Positions 29,668 through 37,529 of a DNA stretch of 64,000 nt are shown one piece after another. Numbering within the stretch: the stretch's first letter is position 1; the number at the start of each line of letters is the position of its first letter. The stretch spans positions 14,962 to 78,961 of IMG/VR virus record IMGVR_UViG_3300047409_000468. The stretch is one strand, 5' to 3'. The position numbers and the translations under genes were made by a program. The notes under the pieces were generated by a model that was not told the origin of the DNA, did not search any database, and was given only the letters and a program-made list of their open reading frames with translations. This stretch comes from a virus.

Positions 29668-31101
29668 CTAATGGTGTCCTCCGCGCAGCGGTACGACGCC
29701 ACCGCGCGCCGACTTGCCAAATACTAAGTCTGTGATTGCCCACACCAGCGCATCGAGCCTGTCGGGGCTGCCTGCACCCTCGTAGCCGCGCACGGTCATG
29801 TAAATCATCTGCTCTTCCAGGCTGCCGAATGGCTGGCCATAGACGTGCCGCACGCGACCCTGCTCGTAGAGCGCAGCGATTGGCTCAGCCCGCACTGCCT
29901 TGCCCCGGCTGGCATGCACCGCGCGAAAGGCGACACGCCTGTTCACCGTGCGGATGGTGTGCTCCACCATGGCCCCGCCGAAGTTGGCCTCGCCCACTAT
30001 CATATCAGCACTGTTGTTCTCGTACGCTTCGACCACGCGCCGCGCCCAGTCGGCTGGTCCCCAGTTGACCGTAGCGTCCTCCAGCACGTAGACCGTGCCG
30101 TGATCGTCAATACCTGCCACCACGATGCCGATATCGTCCCCTACCTCGTCCTCATGGTCACCAGCGCGCTCTTTGCGCCGCATGTCGATTTCCCCGGTTG
30201 TACCGGACGGGTCCACGCCGACCACGACCCGCCGCATATCGGGCAAGTGGTCAGTCTTGTTCATGCCTGCGGCAAGCGGGTTCTGGCCCGATCGTTTCTC
30301 CAGCATCTTGCGCGTCCACAGCGCGCCCGGCACGTCGTCCAGCACCTCGGCGTGCAGTTCCTGTCTGCCCAGCCGAGTGCCTTCGTACTTCTCCTTCATC
30401 TTATCGATGAATTTGGACGACAGGTTGTCGGCGTTCTCGTACGTAGAACCCCGCGTCACTATCGTGTCGCCGCTCTTTTCGCCCCTCAGCAATTCGTGCA
30501 CCACCGGGATGGGCCGAGGCGTAGTCGTCACCAGTTGGCGCGGGTTATCACCCATGCGCAACCCGAACTGGAGCATGTCCCACGTATCTTGGGCATAACG
30601 CCACTTAGCCAGCTCATCGCTCCATGCTGCCTCGTGCTCCGGCCCGCGCAACTGCTCGGGGTCATCTGCCGAATAGGTATGAGCAACCGCGCCATTGGGC
30701 CACGTCAGCTTGCGCAGGGACGGCTTGTAGTCGGGCCTGTAGTCGGTTGGATGGCAGCGGAGGATGCCGCCTGCGCTCTGCACCATAACGTCTCTAGCGT
30801 CGGCCGCTGTCTCGGCTACGAGCGCCATGTGGCGCACCTTGCCCGCAGCGAAAGGGGTAGACCCGCACATCTGTGCTCGTACCCATTCGCTGCCCATGCG
30901 CGTCTTGCCGTATCCACGGCCTGCCATGGCGAGCCACACTGACCAGTTCCCCGAGGGCTCCTGCTGAGACGGCCGCCCCCAGAAGGACCAGTCGTACATC
31001 AACAATTCTGATTCCTGTGGCGTCAGGCCGAGAAAAAAGATTTCCCGTTCATGTGCCGGCAACCGAGCAAGCAATGATGCCAGCGCCACATTGGCATTCA
31101 A
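29668..31101 (-). CDS. terL: Terminase large subunit
   Basis: AGRGYGKTR Walker A, LRGP....AW.DE Walker B, VTTTPRP, VVGVDP and SPDRLDALVWA nuclease motifs. Confidence 0.95.
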   Translation of the reverse strand: MNANVALASLLARLPAHEREIFFLGLTPQESELLMYDWSFWGRPSQQEPSGNWSVWLAMAGRGYGKTRMGSEWVRAQMCGSTPFAAGKVRHMALVAETAADARDVMVQSAGGILRCHPTDYRPDYKPSLRKLTWPNGAVAHTYSADDPEQLRGPEHEAAWSDELAKWRYAQDTWDMLQFGLRMGDNPRQLVTTTPRPIPVVHELLRGEKSGDTIVTRGSTYENADNLSSKFIDKMKEKYEGTRLGRQELHAEVLDDVPGALWTRKMLEKRSGQNPLAAGMNKTDHLPDMRRVVVGVDPSGTTGEIDMRRKERAGDHEDEVGDDIGIVVAGIDDHGTVYVLEDATVNWGPADWARRVVEAYENNSADMIVGEANFGGAMVEHTIRTVNRRVAFRAVHASRGKAVRAEPIAALYEQGRVRHVYGQPFGSLEEQMIYMTVRGYEGAGSPDRLDALVWAITDLVFGKSARGGVVPLRGGHH

Positions 31102-31286
31102 GCGTATCCCTCCAAGTAGTCGCCCCCAGCGACAATGAAGAACGGACAGGGAACGTCAGCTGGGGGCGACACGGACTGCGGGTGTCCGTGGTTCGGCAAC
31201 GTAGCGCGTTGGACCCCGCACGTAAATGGGGTTTGCGTATGAAGAGACAGGAGGGTAAAAGACAGCACAACCCGGAGACAATACTG

Positions 31287-31487
31287 ATGAAACCATTCCC
31301 CACTACTTATCTCGGCGATGGCGTCTATGCCTCGTTCGATGGTTATCACGTGTTGCTGCACGTCGGCCGCCATGACACGTTGCCGTGCGTAGCGCTAGAA
31401 CCCGACGTAATTGCCGCGCTCAACCAATACTACGCCATGATAGTGAAAGAATTCGGCAATGCACCTGAACGAACTGATACTGTATAG
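31287..31487 (+). CDS. Small hypothetical phage protein (YLGDGVY.SFDG type)
   Basis: GGAG RBS, ATG at 31287; first of three coupled + strand ORFs. Confidence 0.65.
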   Translation: MKPFPTTYLGDGVYASFDGYHVLLHVGRHDTLPCVALEPDVIAALNQYYAMIVKEFGNAPERTDTV

Positions 31488-31761
31488 GATGCCGGACAGC
31501 ACTACCGGGGGAATACAACTGGTGGCTTGGGTACTGTCACTCAACGGCATAGCCATAGAGCAGGCCACCGAAGCGCACCCACTCACGGCTGTCAGCCCGG
31601 AGCCCGAGTTCCCCGCCGCGCTATGCGTGCTGGCCAGAAAGCTGGAACGCGCAACCGGCGCGCAGTGCAGCTACCGCGACAGGCGCGTCAGACCCGCCAC
31701 CACCATCAACATCGGCGGCATCGGCGTCAGGCTGGTCGCCCCAACACCGAGGACCATATGA
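31459..31761 (+). CDS. Hypothetical protein
   Basis: Overlapping/coupled ORF in a + strand insert. Confidence 0.45.
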   Translation: MHLNELILYRMPDSTTGGIQLVAWVLSLNGIAIEQATEAHPLTAVSPEPEFPAALCVLARKLERATGAQCSYRDRRVRPATTINIGGIGVRLVAPTPRTI

Positions 31762-31952
31762 AACGCCTTATCTTCGCAGCCGTCGTGCTGGTTACCATCC
31801 ACACCGCGCTGCTGGTCAGCCATCACGCCGCCAGCGCAGGTCTATCCGGCAACTATCGAGGTCCGGGCGCTCACGGCTATTCGCTACAAGCATCGCGCAC
31901 AGTTCACCAACTGTCTGCGGCCCCTCCCATCGTCGCTCCAGGCGGCCGATAA
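31758..31952 (+). CDS. Small putative exported protein
   Basis: GAGG RBS, ATGA coupling, signal-peptide-like MKRLIFAAVVLVTIHTALLV...ASA. Confidence 0.5.
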   Translation: MKRLIFAAVVLVTIHTALLVSHHAASAGLSGNYRGPGAHGYSLQASRTVHQLSAAPPIVAPGGR

Positions 31953-32035
31953 GCCGCCCGTGCGCTGAATACAGGGTCGCCGTGATGGTGTAGACCGCCG
32001 TAGCGGCAAAGACCTCTTGCGTAACTTCGTTCAGG

Positions 32036-32509
32036 TCAGTTCCCCGGCACCGCAGTGAATGGCTGCGCCGTCGGGATTGCTGCCGCCGGGGCCGCGTTCC
32101 CCGCCGCGCCGGTATTCTGCACGGTGATGCTGAGCCCGGCCACGGCAGTAATCTTGTACAAGCCGCCCGTGCCGATGGTCACGCTTTGCCCGATTATGAG
32201 CCCGGTAGCGTTGGTCACAGGGACCGCGACCGTAGCGTTCACCGCCGGCTGCGTGAACCCCGCCGTTGTCGTCGTAGGCGGCACCTGTGGCTTCACAATC
32301 TGTATATCATTGTCACACCACGTCAATGCCGCGCTCTGGGTGGAATGCCACTGAGCCTTGGCCTGACTGCCGTAGCGCTTGCAGTTGGCCCGCTCTGCGA
32401 TGTATTCAGCATTACCAATCTTACGTATTCGGTGCGCCCACTTGCCACCCTTGAAGTAAACCGGCGCAAAATTGTGAATAGGATAGTTGGTCGTCGTATA
32501 AACCGCCAT
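32036..32509 (-). CDS. Hypothetical protein with beta-rich C-terminal (virion-like) domain
   Basis: Follows terS; TTTAGFTQPAVNATVAV...G.Y.ITAV..LSITV. Confidence 0.6.
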   Translation of the reverse strand: MAVYTTTNYPIHNFAPVYFKGGKWAHRIRKIGNAEYIAERANCKRYGSQAKAQWHSTQSAALTWCDNDIQIVKPQVPPTTTTAGFTQPAVNATVAVPVTNATGLIIGQSVTIGTGGLYKITAVAGLSITVQNTGAAGNAAPAAAIPTAQPFTAVPGN

Positions 32510-32513
32510 GACC

Positions 32514-33026
32514 CTAGTCCTCTTCCTGTTTCTCGCGTGCCTTCATGCGTTCTGCTATTGCAGCGATCTTGCGCCGCAACTCAGCAGTGTGGTCCACTTT
32601 CGGGGATTCCTCTTCCGGGGGAGCCTGCCATATCGTCGCCCGTGGGCCATACCGCGCTGGGTCCGTCTTCTCGGTGTATATCTGCCCAGCCTTCATGCGG
32701 GTGTGCGCATCCCACGTTCCGCCCTTCCCATCCTCCAAAATACCGTCCACCAGCAACTCGGTTTGTATCTGCTTGGCCCGACGGTAGCGCAGATTAAAAT
32801 CCGGTTCCTGCTCCATCCACAGGAGGAATGTGCCGGGGAGCGGATAGTCACGATTATTGGCGGTCAGCGCGTTAAGCGTCTCACCGTTCATAATACGCTC
32901 AATTATGGCCTCAGCAATCGTCGGGTCAAACACCTTTGGCCGACGTCTGTAGTCCTCCTCTGCCCACCGGGGTTGATAGATAGTTGTTTGTGGCACCGGC
33001 CGGGGCATTTGCCCGTACACTTGCAC
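32514..33026 (-). CDS. terS: Terminase small subunit (Sf6-like)
   Basis: RP..F...IAE.I.ERI.NGE.L........P...TF..W......F...Y.RA......P..YG. Confidence 0.82.
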   Translation of the reverse strand: MQVYGQMPRPVPQTTIYQPRWAEEDYRRRPKVFDPTIAEAIIERIMNGETLNALTANNRDYPLPGTFLLWMEQEPDFNLRYRRAKQIQTELLVDGILEDGKGGTWDAHTRMKAGQIYTEKTDPARYGPRATIWQAPPEEESPKVDHTAELRRKIAAIAERMKAREKQEED

Positions 33027-33161
33027 CTATTCGCTGTCATTTGCAAGGCTCCAAAAATGGTCTAAAATGACGAAATTCCTTTAAGCTGCGCGGAATTTTT
33101 TGTACCAACACACTAATAGTATATTGGGCCACGACGATAGATGTGACCTACATATGTGTAT

Positions 33162-33245
33162 ACGGAGTTACAAAAGAGTACGGAAAAAAAGTGAGCCCGC
33201 GCGATGCCTTAAGCACTCTTGTAACTCCGTTACTCCTGTAACTCC
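33162..33245. repeat. GT(A/T)ACTCC repeats and 12-bp inverted repeat in the divergent intergenic region
   Basis: ACGGAGTTACAA (33162-33173) / TTGTAACTCCGT (33219-33230), then GTTACTCC and GTAACTCC. Confidence 0.7.
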
Positions 33246-33318
33246 AGCCTATTTTTTAAAACGTCATGTCGCCCCGCTCGCGCGCAACCCAAGTGTACCA
33301 ATCCACAATTACTATCGC

Positions 33319-33348
33319 TTTACGATATCCAGGGCGATGTGCTATAAG
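33319..33348 (+). promoter_or_regulatory. Early sigma70-type promoter
   Basis: TTTACG-N18-TATAAG upstream of the first + strand gene. Confidence 0.55.
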
Positions 33349-33385
33349 ATACCCCCGGCAACCCAAAACCACAGGAACCCCAATC

Positions 33386-33778
33386 ATGCCAACCGCATTC
33401 AAGCGCTACGCCCACATTGCCCGCACCAAGGGCCAACTCGATCTTGCCAACCGCCTCGAGATGGAAGCCCGCTGCGTGGGCTACCTGCTAGACGAATGTC
33501 TCCGCCGCCGCCTGCTCATCAGCGTGCACGACGGCGAGGAATGGTGCCTCACACGCTGCACCGACCGCGAAAAGATAATGGACGCGCTCGCCAGCACAGA
33601 CGAGGACGTACTGTTGATCCGCCACCCGGACGGTCCGGCCCACACCCCGCTCGGTCGCTTCTTCCTCGTGTACGGCAACACCGGCTGGGACGTGATCGCC
33701 GACCATAGCGACAACGAAACCTGCAACAGCATCTGGGACGCGATACTGCCCAAGCTCGACGCCGAGATGGCCCGATGA
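33386..33778 (+). CDS. Hypothetical early protein
   Basis: AGGA RBS; ISVHDGEE...STDED.L...G.F.LVYGN.G.DVI.D.S pattern. Confidence 0.75.
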   Translation: MPTAFKRYAHIARTKGQLDLANRLEMEARCVGYLLDECLRRRLLISVHDGEEWCLTRCTDREKIMDALASTDEDVLLIRHPDGPAHTPLGRFFLVYGNTGWDVIADHSDNETCNSIWDAILPKLDAEMAR

Positions 33779-34077
33779 TCCGCTTCCTTATCCTGGACCT
33801 CAGCGCCCACCCCGGCATGCTCGGCTACATCCCCAGCTTCCTCTCCCTGGAAGACCCGCGCCCGGCCAAGGAACAGTTCGCCAGCAACTACATCGGCGGC
33901 TGGCACCCGTACACCGGATTCACGCTGCGCGGCCTGAGCCTGCACTTCCTCGGTGACCCGCCCATGCGCCCGCTGTTCGCCAGCATACTACGCGACGAGC
34001 TGATATTCGTGTACGACCATGGCTGGGTGATGATCCTGCAACAGGACAACAGCTTCGAAGTTAGTCGTATGGACTGA
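33775..34077 (+). CDS. Hypothetical early protein
   Basis: ATGA-coupled; LG.IP.FL...DPRPA.EQF...Y..GGW...GDPP..P...RMD. Confidence 0.75.
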   Translation: MIRFLILDLSAHPGMLGYIPSFLSLEDPRPAKEQFASNYIGGWHPYTGFTLRGLSLHFLGDPPMRPLFASILRDELIFVYDHGWVMILQQDNSFEVSRMD

Positions 34078-34083
34078 TTGTCC

Positions 34084-34112
34084 TTTACAACGGCGCGATT
34101 ATCGTATAGACA
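34084..34112 (+). promoter_or_regulatory. Early promoter
   Basis: TTTACA-N17-TAGACA. Confidence 0.7.
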
Positions 34113-34152
34113 TCAATCGCGCCGGAATCCCCCGGCAGAGGAACCCAGATAA

Positions 34153-35076
34153 ATGAACACGAACTCGACTCCCAAGATCCGCGTGCTGCGGCCCACTAAT
34201 CCAAAGAAGCCCGGCACCAAGGCATGGCATCGCTTCAACCTGTACAAGGATGGTATGACCACGAACGAAGCTCTGCGTGCCGGCTTGACCCGCGAAGATC
34301 TGCGCTATGACATCGAGCACGGCTTTATCGAAATCGTCACGCACGACAACAGCGCGCCCACCGGCAACAGCAACCGCCACGCCGCTTTGGGCCGCATCCG
34401 CGCTCTGCTCAACAAGACCGTGGAGAACGGCTGCACCGAGGAGGAAGCCTTTGCCGCCGCCGCCAAGGCCGGCGAACTGATGGACCGCTACGGCATCGAA
34501 TCCAGCGAAATGGAAATCCGCGAGGAAGTGTGCACCGTCGGCGTGCATGGTGCCGAGCGAAGCAAGGCCCACGAAAGCCGCTGGGTGGCGGTTGCCATCG
34601 CCCGATATTGCGACTGCCGTGTGTGGCACGTGACCGGGACCGGCCAGATACGCTTCTTCGGCTTGCCGGCCGACGTTGAAGTTGCGACCTACCTGATGCG
34701 CGTGGTGCAGGGCGCGATGGACCGTGGCTACCGGGAATTCCGCAAGTCCCCCGGTTACCTCGGCCTTTCCGGGGACCGCAACACGTTCATGGACGCCATG
34801 GCCAACCGTGTGAGCGCCCGCTTGCTAGAGATGCACAAGGCCCGGCACACCGAGACGATGGTCACCACCACGGGCACCAGCCTCGTACTGGTGAAGACCG
34901 CCGTGGTGACCGAGCAATGGGAAAAGACCGGCATGCGCCTGCGCAAGGGCGGCACCCAGCGTGTGAAGATGAGCGACAGCCACGCCGCGCGCAGTGCCGG
35001 CATGGCCGCAGGCGACCGAGTACATCTTGGGGCTGGCCTTAGCGATCGAAGCGTCAAGCTTCGCATCGCTAAGTGA
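34153..35076 (+). CDS. NPK-domain + DUF2786-family protein
   Basis: N-term NPKKPGTKAWHRFNLYKDGMT...; RIRALL.KT..NG.TEEEA..A..KA.ELM..YGI (DUF2786-like), F.G...DVEVA.YL. Confidence 0.8.
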   Translation: MNTNSTPKIRVLRPTNPKKPGTKAWHRFNLYKDGMTTNEALRAGLTREDLRYDIEHGFIEIVTHDNSAPTGNSNRHAALGRIRALLNKTVENGCTEEEAFAAAAKAGELMDRYGIESSEMEIREEVCTVGVHGAERSKAHESRWVAVAIARYCDCRVWHVTGTGQIRFFGLPADVEVATYLMRVVQGAMDRGYREFRKSPGYLGLSGDRNTFMDAMANRVSARLLEMHKARHTETMVTTTGTSLVLVKTAVVTEQWEKTGMRLRKGGTQRVKMSDSHAARSAGMAAGDRVHLGAGLSDRSVKLRIAK

Positions 35077-35106
35077 TCGACCGCATCGAAACTAAAGGAT
35101 AACGAA

Positions 35107-35286
35107 ATGAAATACGCATTGATTTTAATATCCCTCACTAACCCGGATACTGATAGCCGTGTGCTTGTCATGGATTTACCGGAGGGTAACTGTAGAATTC
35201 TTGCTGAAGTGGTGTACAAACCAGCCATGAAAGATAAAGGCACGTTGATGTGCATTCAGCAAATTGGCTTGAGGTACGCGCCATGA
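35107..35286 (+). CDS. Small hypothetical protein (59 aa)
   Basis: Own translation MKYALILISLTNPD...C...C; AAGGA RBS. Confidence 0.55.
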   Translation: MKYALILISLTNPDTDSRVLVMDLPEGNCRILAEVVYKPAMKDKGTLMCIQQIGLRYAP

Positions 35287-35468
35287 AACTCTGGATGCTT
35301 GTCATACTGATAAACGGCCACCAAGAGGTTGTCTCTGGTGATTACCCCAGCAAAGCCGAATGCCTCCGCGTCGCCGGCTACATCCTCTCCCAAGAACGGC
35401 TCGGCCCGCTCAAGTGCGTGCCGGCACGAAAGAACGTGAAGCACTACGAATATTTTGTGGGGGATTAA
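35283..35468 (+). CDS. Small hypothetical protein (61 aa)
   Basis: ATGA-coupled, GAGG RBS; MKLWMLVIL...SKAEC...KCVP. Confidence 0.55.
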   Translation: MKLWMLVILINGHQEVVSGDYPSKAECLRVAGYILSQERLGPLKCVPARKNVKHYEYFVGD

Positions 35469-35477
35469 AATCTCCAT

Positions 35478-35506
35478 TTTACACCGATAACAAACCGGCC
35501 TAAGCT
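35478..35506 (+). promoter_or_regulatory. Early promoter
   Basis: TTTACA-N17-TAAGCT. Confidence 0.7.
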
Positions 35507-35533
35507 ACCCAATAGGACAGGGAACCAACTACC

Positions 35534-36007
35534 ATGATTGATGAACTATGCGCCAACGACCAACAGACCATTTGCCGCACGCTGCATCTGCCGCTGCCGA
35601 CGCCCGACGTGCCGCTGACCACCATCATCACACAGGCAAAGATGTGCGAGGCCGACGTGCTGGCCCGCCTGGAACAGAGCCGTGACCTGCGTGCCCACAT
35701 CACCGCGCATGCCATGCGGGGTCGCATCGTGCGGTGCCCGGCCGACCCGCAACTGCACCCGAAGCCGTGGCCCAAACCGAGCGCCAAGAGCGCCGTAGAG
35801 ACCCCGACAAGAGCCCGTGCGGCTACCGCCACACGAACTCTGGTGAGCTACATACCAAACCCCAAGAAGGCCGGCAGCGCCGCCCGCGCCCGCTACGCCC
35901 TGTACGAGAACGGGTTGACCGAGACCGAGTTGCTGGCCCGTGGCCTGCAACGCGCCGACCTGCGCTGGGACACCGAACACAAGCACCTCACCTGGAGGCT
36001 AGGATGA
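35534..36007 (+). CDS. Protein with C-terminal NPK domain
   Basis: PNPKKAGSAARARYALYENGLT..ELLARGL.RADLRWD. Confidence 0.75.
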   Translation: MIDELCANDQQTICRTLHLPLPTPDVPLTTIITQAKMCEADVLARLEQSRDLRAHITAHAMRGRIVRCPADPQLHPKPWPKPSAKSAVETPTRARAATATRTLVSYIPNPKKAGSAARARYALYENGLTETELLARGLQRADLRWDTEHKHLTWRLG

Positions 36008-36417
36008 TTAACCACGACCCGCGCCGCGTCCATCCCCCGGCAGAGGCCGAACGTAAACCGCGTCGGCAAGCCTTGCCTGTGCTTGCGGTAGCGGAGGCTC
36101 CCCGTGTCCTCCAGACATATCGCGACCCAGACGTACCCTCCATGGTGTCGATCGCGCTTGGCGGGACCGGGGAGCCACACCGGGTCGTGTACGTATTCAC
36201 GCTGGCCCCGCACCGCAACCAAGGCCGCATCCGCGCCCTGATGACCCAGCTACTGGCCGATTTAGACGCCGAGGCGGCAGAGTGCATTATCATTATAAGA
36301 AACGTAGAACCCGGATGCGATATACCCCGTTTGACCACTTTCTTCGAATCTTTAGGTTACGTGCAAGAAACGCCCGACCCGCCTACGTTGCGCCGCCTGC
36401 CCCAGCCGGCATCCTGA
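36004..36417 (+). CDS. Putative GNAT acetyltransferase
   Basis: VFT...HRNQG..RALM..LL...D and L..FFESLGY, resembling GNAT motifs A and B. Confidence 0.6.
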   Translation: MINHDPRRVHPPAEAERKPRRQALPVLAVAEAPRVLQTYRDPDVPSMVSIALGGTGEPHRVVYVFTLAPHRNQGRIRALMTQLLADLDAEAAECIIIIRNVEPGCDIPRLTTFFESLGYVQETPDPPTLRRLPQPAS

Positions 36418-36590
36418 TTCTCGATCTGCGCGAGGGCCTGTGCCGCTGGCCGCTGTGGCCGCACGACCAGCGCCCCGGCTCGGCCCCACGTTTCTGCGGT
36501 AAGCCAGCTAACAATCACGTGTACTGCGCCGCGCACCGTGCCGTCGGCATGCAAAGTCCTTTACAGCGTGCGACGAAGAGGCTACGGTAA
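36315..36590 (+). CDS. GcrA-like protein, C-terminal domain only
   Basis: ILDLREGLCRWPL......FCG.P.....YC..H = GcrA C-terminal Cys/His motif; start codon uncertain. Confidence 0.7.
   Translation: MRYTPFDHFLRIFRLRARNARPAYVAPPAPAGILILDLREGLCRWPLWPHDQRPGSAPRFCGKPANNHVYCAAHRAVGMQSPLQRATKRLR
36560..36588 (+). promoter_or_regulatory. Early promoter
   Basis: TTTACA-N17-TACGGT. Confidence 0.55.
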
Positions 36591-36615
36591 GGGATATCCA
36601 ACAAGGAGAACCCTT

Positions 36616-36915
36616 ATGATTGTTGAAGTCTATTTCCACGGCGTGCACATGGCGACCGTGAACGCACAAGACGCCGATAGCGAAGAGGCCGCGCTGGAGT
36701 TCGCGTGGCGCTATACCCAGAACATCGACGGCTCGTGGTCGCGCTACGGCTCCCCAGATTGGCACCCGACCGCCATGACCGTGCATGCGCCGCTCCCCGT
36801 GCACAACGGCAAGACCTACGGCCACCGGAGTTCCATGGTCGGGGACCGCTTTAAGATCGGTGCCCGCGCTTGGCTGGTCGGGTCCATGGGTTTCAAGGAA
36901 GTGACCGATGCGTAA
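36616..36915 (+). CDS. Hypothetical early protein
   Basis: AAGGAG RBS; LE.A...TQNI.GSWS...RSSMVGD...V...GF motif. Confidence 0.75.
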   Translation: MIVEVYFHGVHMATVNAQDADSEEAALEFAWRYTQNIDGSWSRYGSPDWHPTAMTVHAPLPVHNGKTYGHRSSMVGDRFKIGARAWLVGSMGFKEVTDA

Positions 36916-37117
36916 AGACGATGCAGCATTGCTCAGTCTGCAAGATTTGATTAGCGCGAAAAGTGAAAAGGCGGGACTGACCCGCCTGCTCACACCGCTG
37001 GTCAATGCCGAGCATCCTAAGAAAGCCGTGGCGCATGCCGTGAGAACACTGGAGCTCTACCTAGTGCGCGAAACTGTCCACAACTATCGAGAAGGGTTGG
37101 CAGATGCCCAAGCTTAA
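36908..37117 (+). CDS. Hypothetical protein
   Basis: Coupled ORF. Confidence 0.55.
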   Translation: MRKDDAALLSLQDLISAKSEKAGLTRLLTPLVNAEHPKKAVAHAVRTLELYLVRETVHNYREGLADAQA

Positions 37118-37385
37118 GCACAAGCTGACCCCCGAACGGGATACAGAAGTTGCGCGTCGCGCCGTACGAGCGCAGACACAGCGAGCCGAGCTCGCTGCGC
37201 CCGCAACGAGTTACCACACCACCGAGGCCAAGGCTCGCCGCGCCGCCGCGCGCTGCGGGCTGCCCAACACTGAGATCGGTGCCACGCAGACGCCTGCCGG
37301 TTGGGTCGGCGTGGTCTACCTGCGCCCCGACCAAGGCTGGATGGAGCCCATGGTGCTGCGTTACGGCTGTCTACCCCACCACTAA
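37104..37385 (+). CDS. Hypothetical protein
   Basis: Coupled ORF. Confidence 0.5.
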   Translation: MPKLKHKLTPERDTEVARRAVRAQTQRAELAAPATSYHTTEAKARRAAARCGLPNTEIGATQTPAGWVGVVYLRPDQGWMEPMVLRYGCLPHH

Positions 37386-37529
37386 TTCTTTCGTTTGCCC
37401 CCAATAATTTGCCTTTACAAATCCCCCCGACAAGCCCTTACTTGGGCTAGGCTCAAGGCGAAGGGGGGAAATCACAAAAACAGACAAGCAGTGCGGTAAA
37501 CGTCAACGCTATGTGAGGAAACAATCACC

